From a virus (Duplodnaviria > Caudoviricetes), in the IMG/VR virus record IMGVR_UViG_3300016478_000220, positions 1 to 45,026 of that record: a stretch of DNA of 45,026 nt; one strand, 5' to 3'. The translations under genes were made by a program, and so were the position numbers. Of the stretch, positions 44,552 through 45,026 are shown in pieces. The notes under the pieces were generated by a model. It made no database searches. It was not told the origin of the DNA and saw only the letters and a program-made list of their open reading frames with translations. Position 1 is the first letter of the stretch. The number at the start of each line of letters is the position of its first letter.

Positions 44552-44662
44552 CATTGGCCCATTGGACTGATTGGCCATGATTCGCCATGATTGGCCGCGA
44601 TTGGCCGCGATTGCCGCCATTGGTTTTGATTGGAAACGAGCTGGAGAATGATTGGAAACGAG
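44552..44662 (-). repeat. Phased (C/G)ATTGG repeat array, right arm (inverted relative to the left arm)
   Basis: ATTGG-like units at ~10-bp intervals, plus a repeated TGATTGGAAACGAGC. Confidence 0.8.
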
Positions 44663-44995
44663 CGGGAGGGAGGGGACACGAGGGGCTGGTGAGGAGCTGG
44701 TGAGGGGCTGGTCTACGGCGTCATTGGAATACGGGTCGGGCGTCCGGGGTAATGGGGTGGTATTACCCGTCCCCGGCAAACCCCGCCATGCGCGTTTCTA
44801 CCCCATTGCCGGGCATTTTTTACCCCATATCTACCCCCCGCCGCGCGCGACGTCCCGGCGCTCCCAGCGCCCACATACCAGCCGGGGACAGGTGCCTCGG
44901 AGAGCGCCTCCCGTCCCTGGCGACCGTCCCCCGCGAGCAACGAGCGGCCAGCTGGCGCCTCCGAGCGCAACGCCCAGAGCGGGAAGGCTACAGGC

Positions 44996-45025
44996 AAAAA
45001 GAAAAGGGGGAGATCGCTCTCCCCC
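44996..45025 (-). terminator. Intrinsic terminator, probably for gene 27..539 across the circular junction
   Basis: GGGGGAGA-GCGA-TCTCCCCC-TTTTCTTTTT on the - strand. Confidence 0.75.
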
Positions 45026-45026
45026 C

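Noticed and set aside
44209-44662. Repeats as a CRISPR array or as coding sequence (N-terminal extension of 43521..44318, ORF 44393..44779)
   Set aside because: Units are ~10 bp without unique spacers; translations are low-complexity; a promoter and RBS support the start at 44120
44750-44770. TAATGGGGTGGTATTA as a seventh palindrome copy
   Set aside because: Only a degenerate half-site; lacks the TTAA core and a partner arm

Overview
The window looks like an essentially complete, probably circularly permuted ~45 kb genome of a GC-rich tailed dsDNA phage with podovirus-type architecture. The + strand (960-26169) carries packaging, head, tail, lysis and ejection genes and ends in a 2483-aa polyvalent-type protein. 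The - strand (26197-44120, plus 27-539) carries replication and recombination genes: a DUF3987-like helicase, a family A DNA polymerase split into two genes with a degenerate UDG domain, a ParB-methyltransferase fusion, an SSB, a Sak4-like ATPase and a Cas4-like exonuclease, followed by many small early genes. I recognised no integrase, CI-type repressor, RNA polymerase, primase, tRNA or CRISPR array. The main unexplained signals are: (1) six copies of a 13-(7/8)-13 bp palindrome (ATGGGGAGGTTAA-N8-TTAACCTCCCCAT) spread across the genome; (2) a mirror-symmetric non-coding region with ~10-bp-phased repeats around an A21 tract; (3) a split PolA with non-canonical active-site residues; (4) a glycosyltransferase and 20-aa-repeat cassette next to the capsid gene; (5) repeated W-D-[ER]-E motifs at domain boundaries of the giant protein. 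All product calls come from motif recognition by eye, not database searches.
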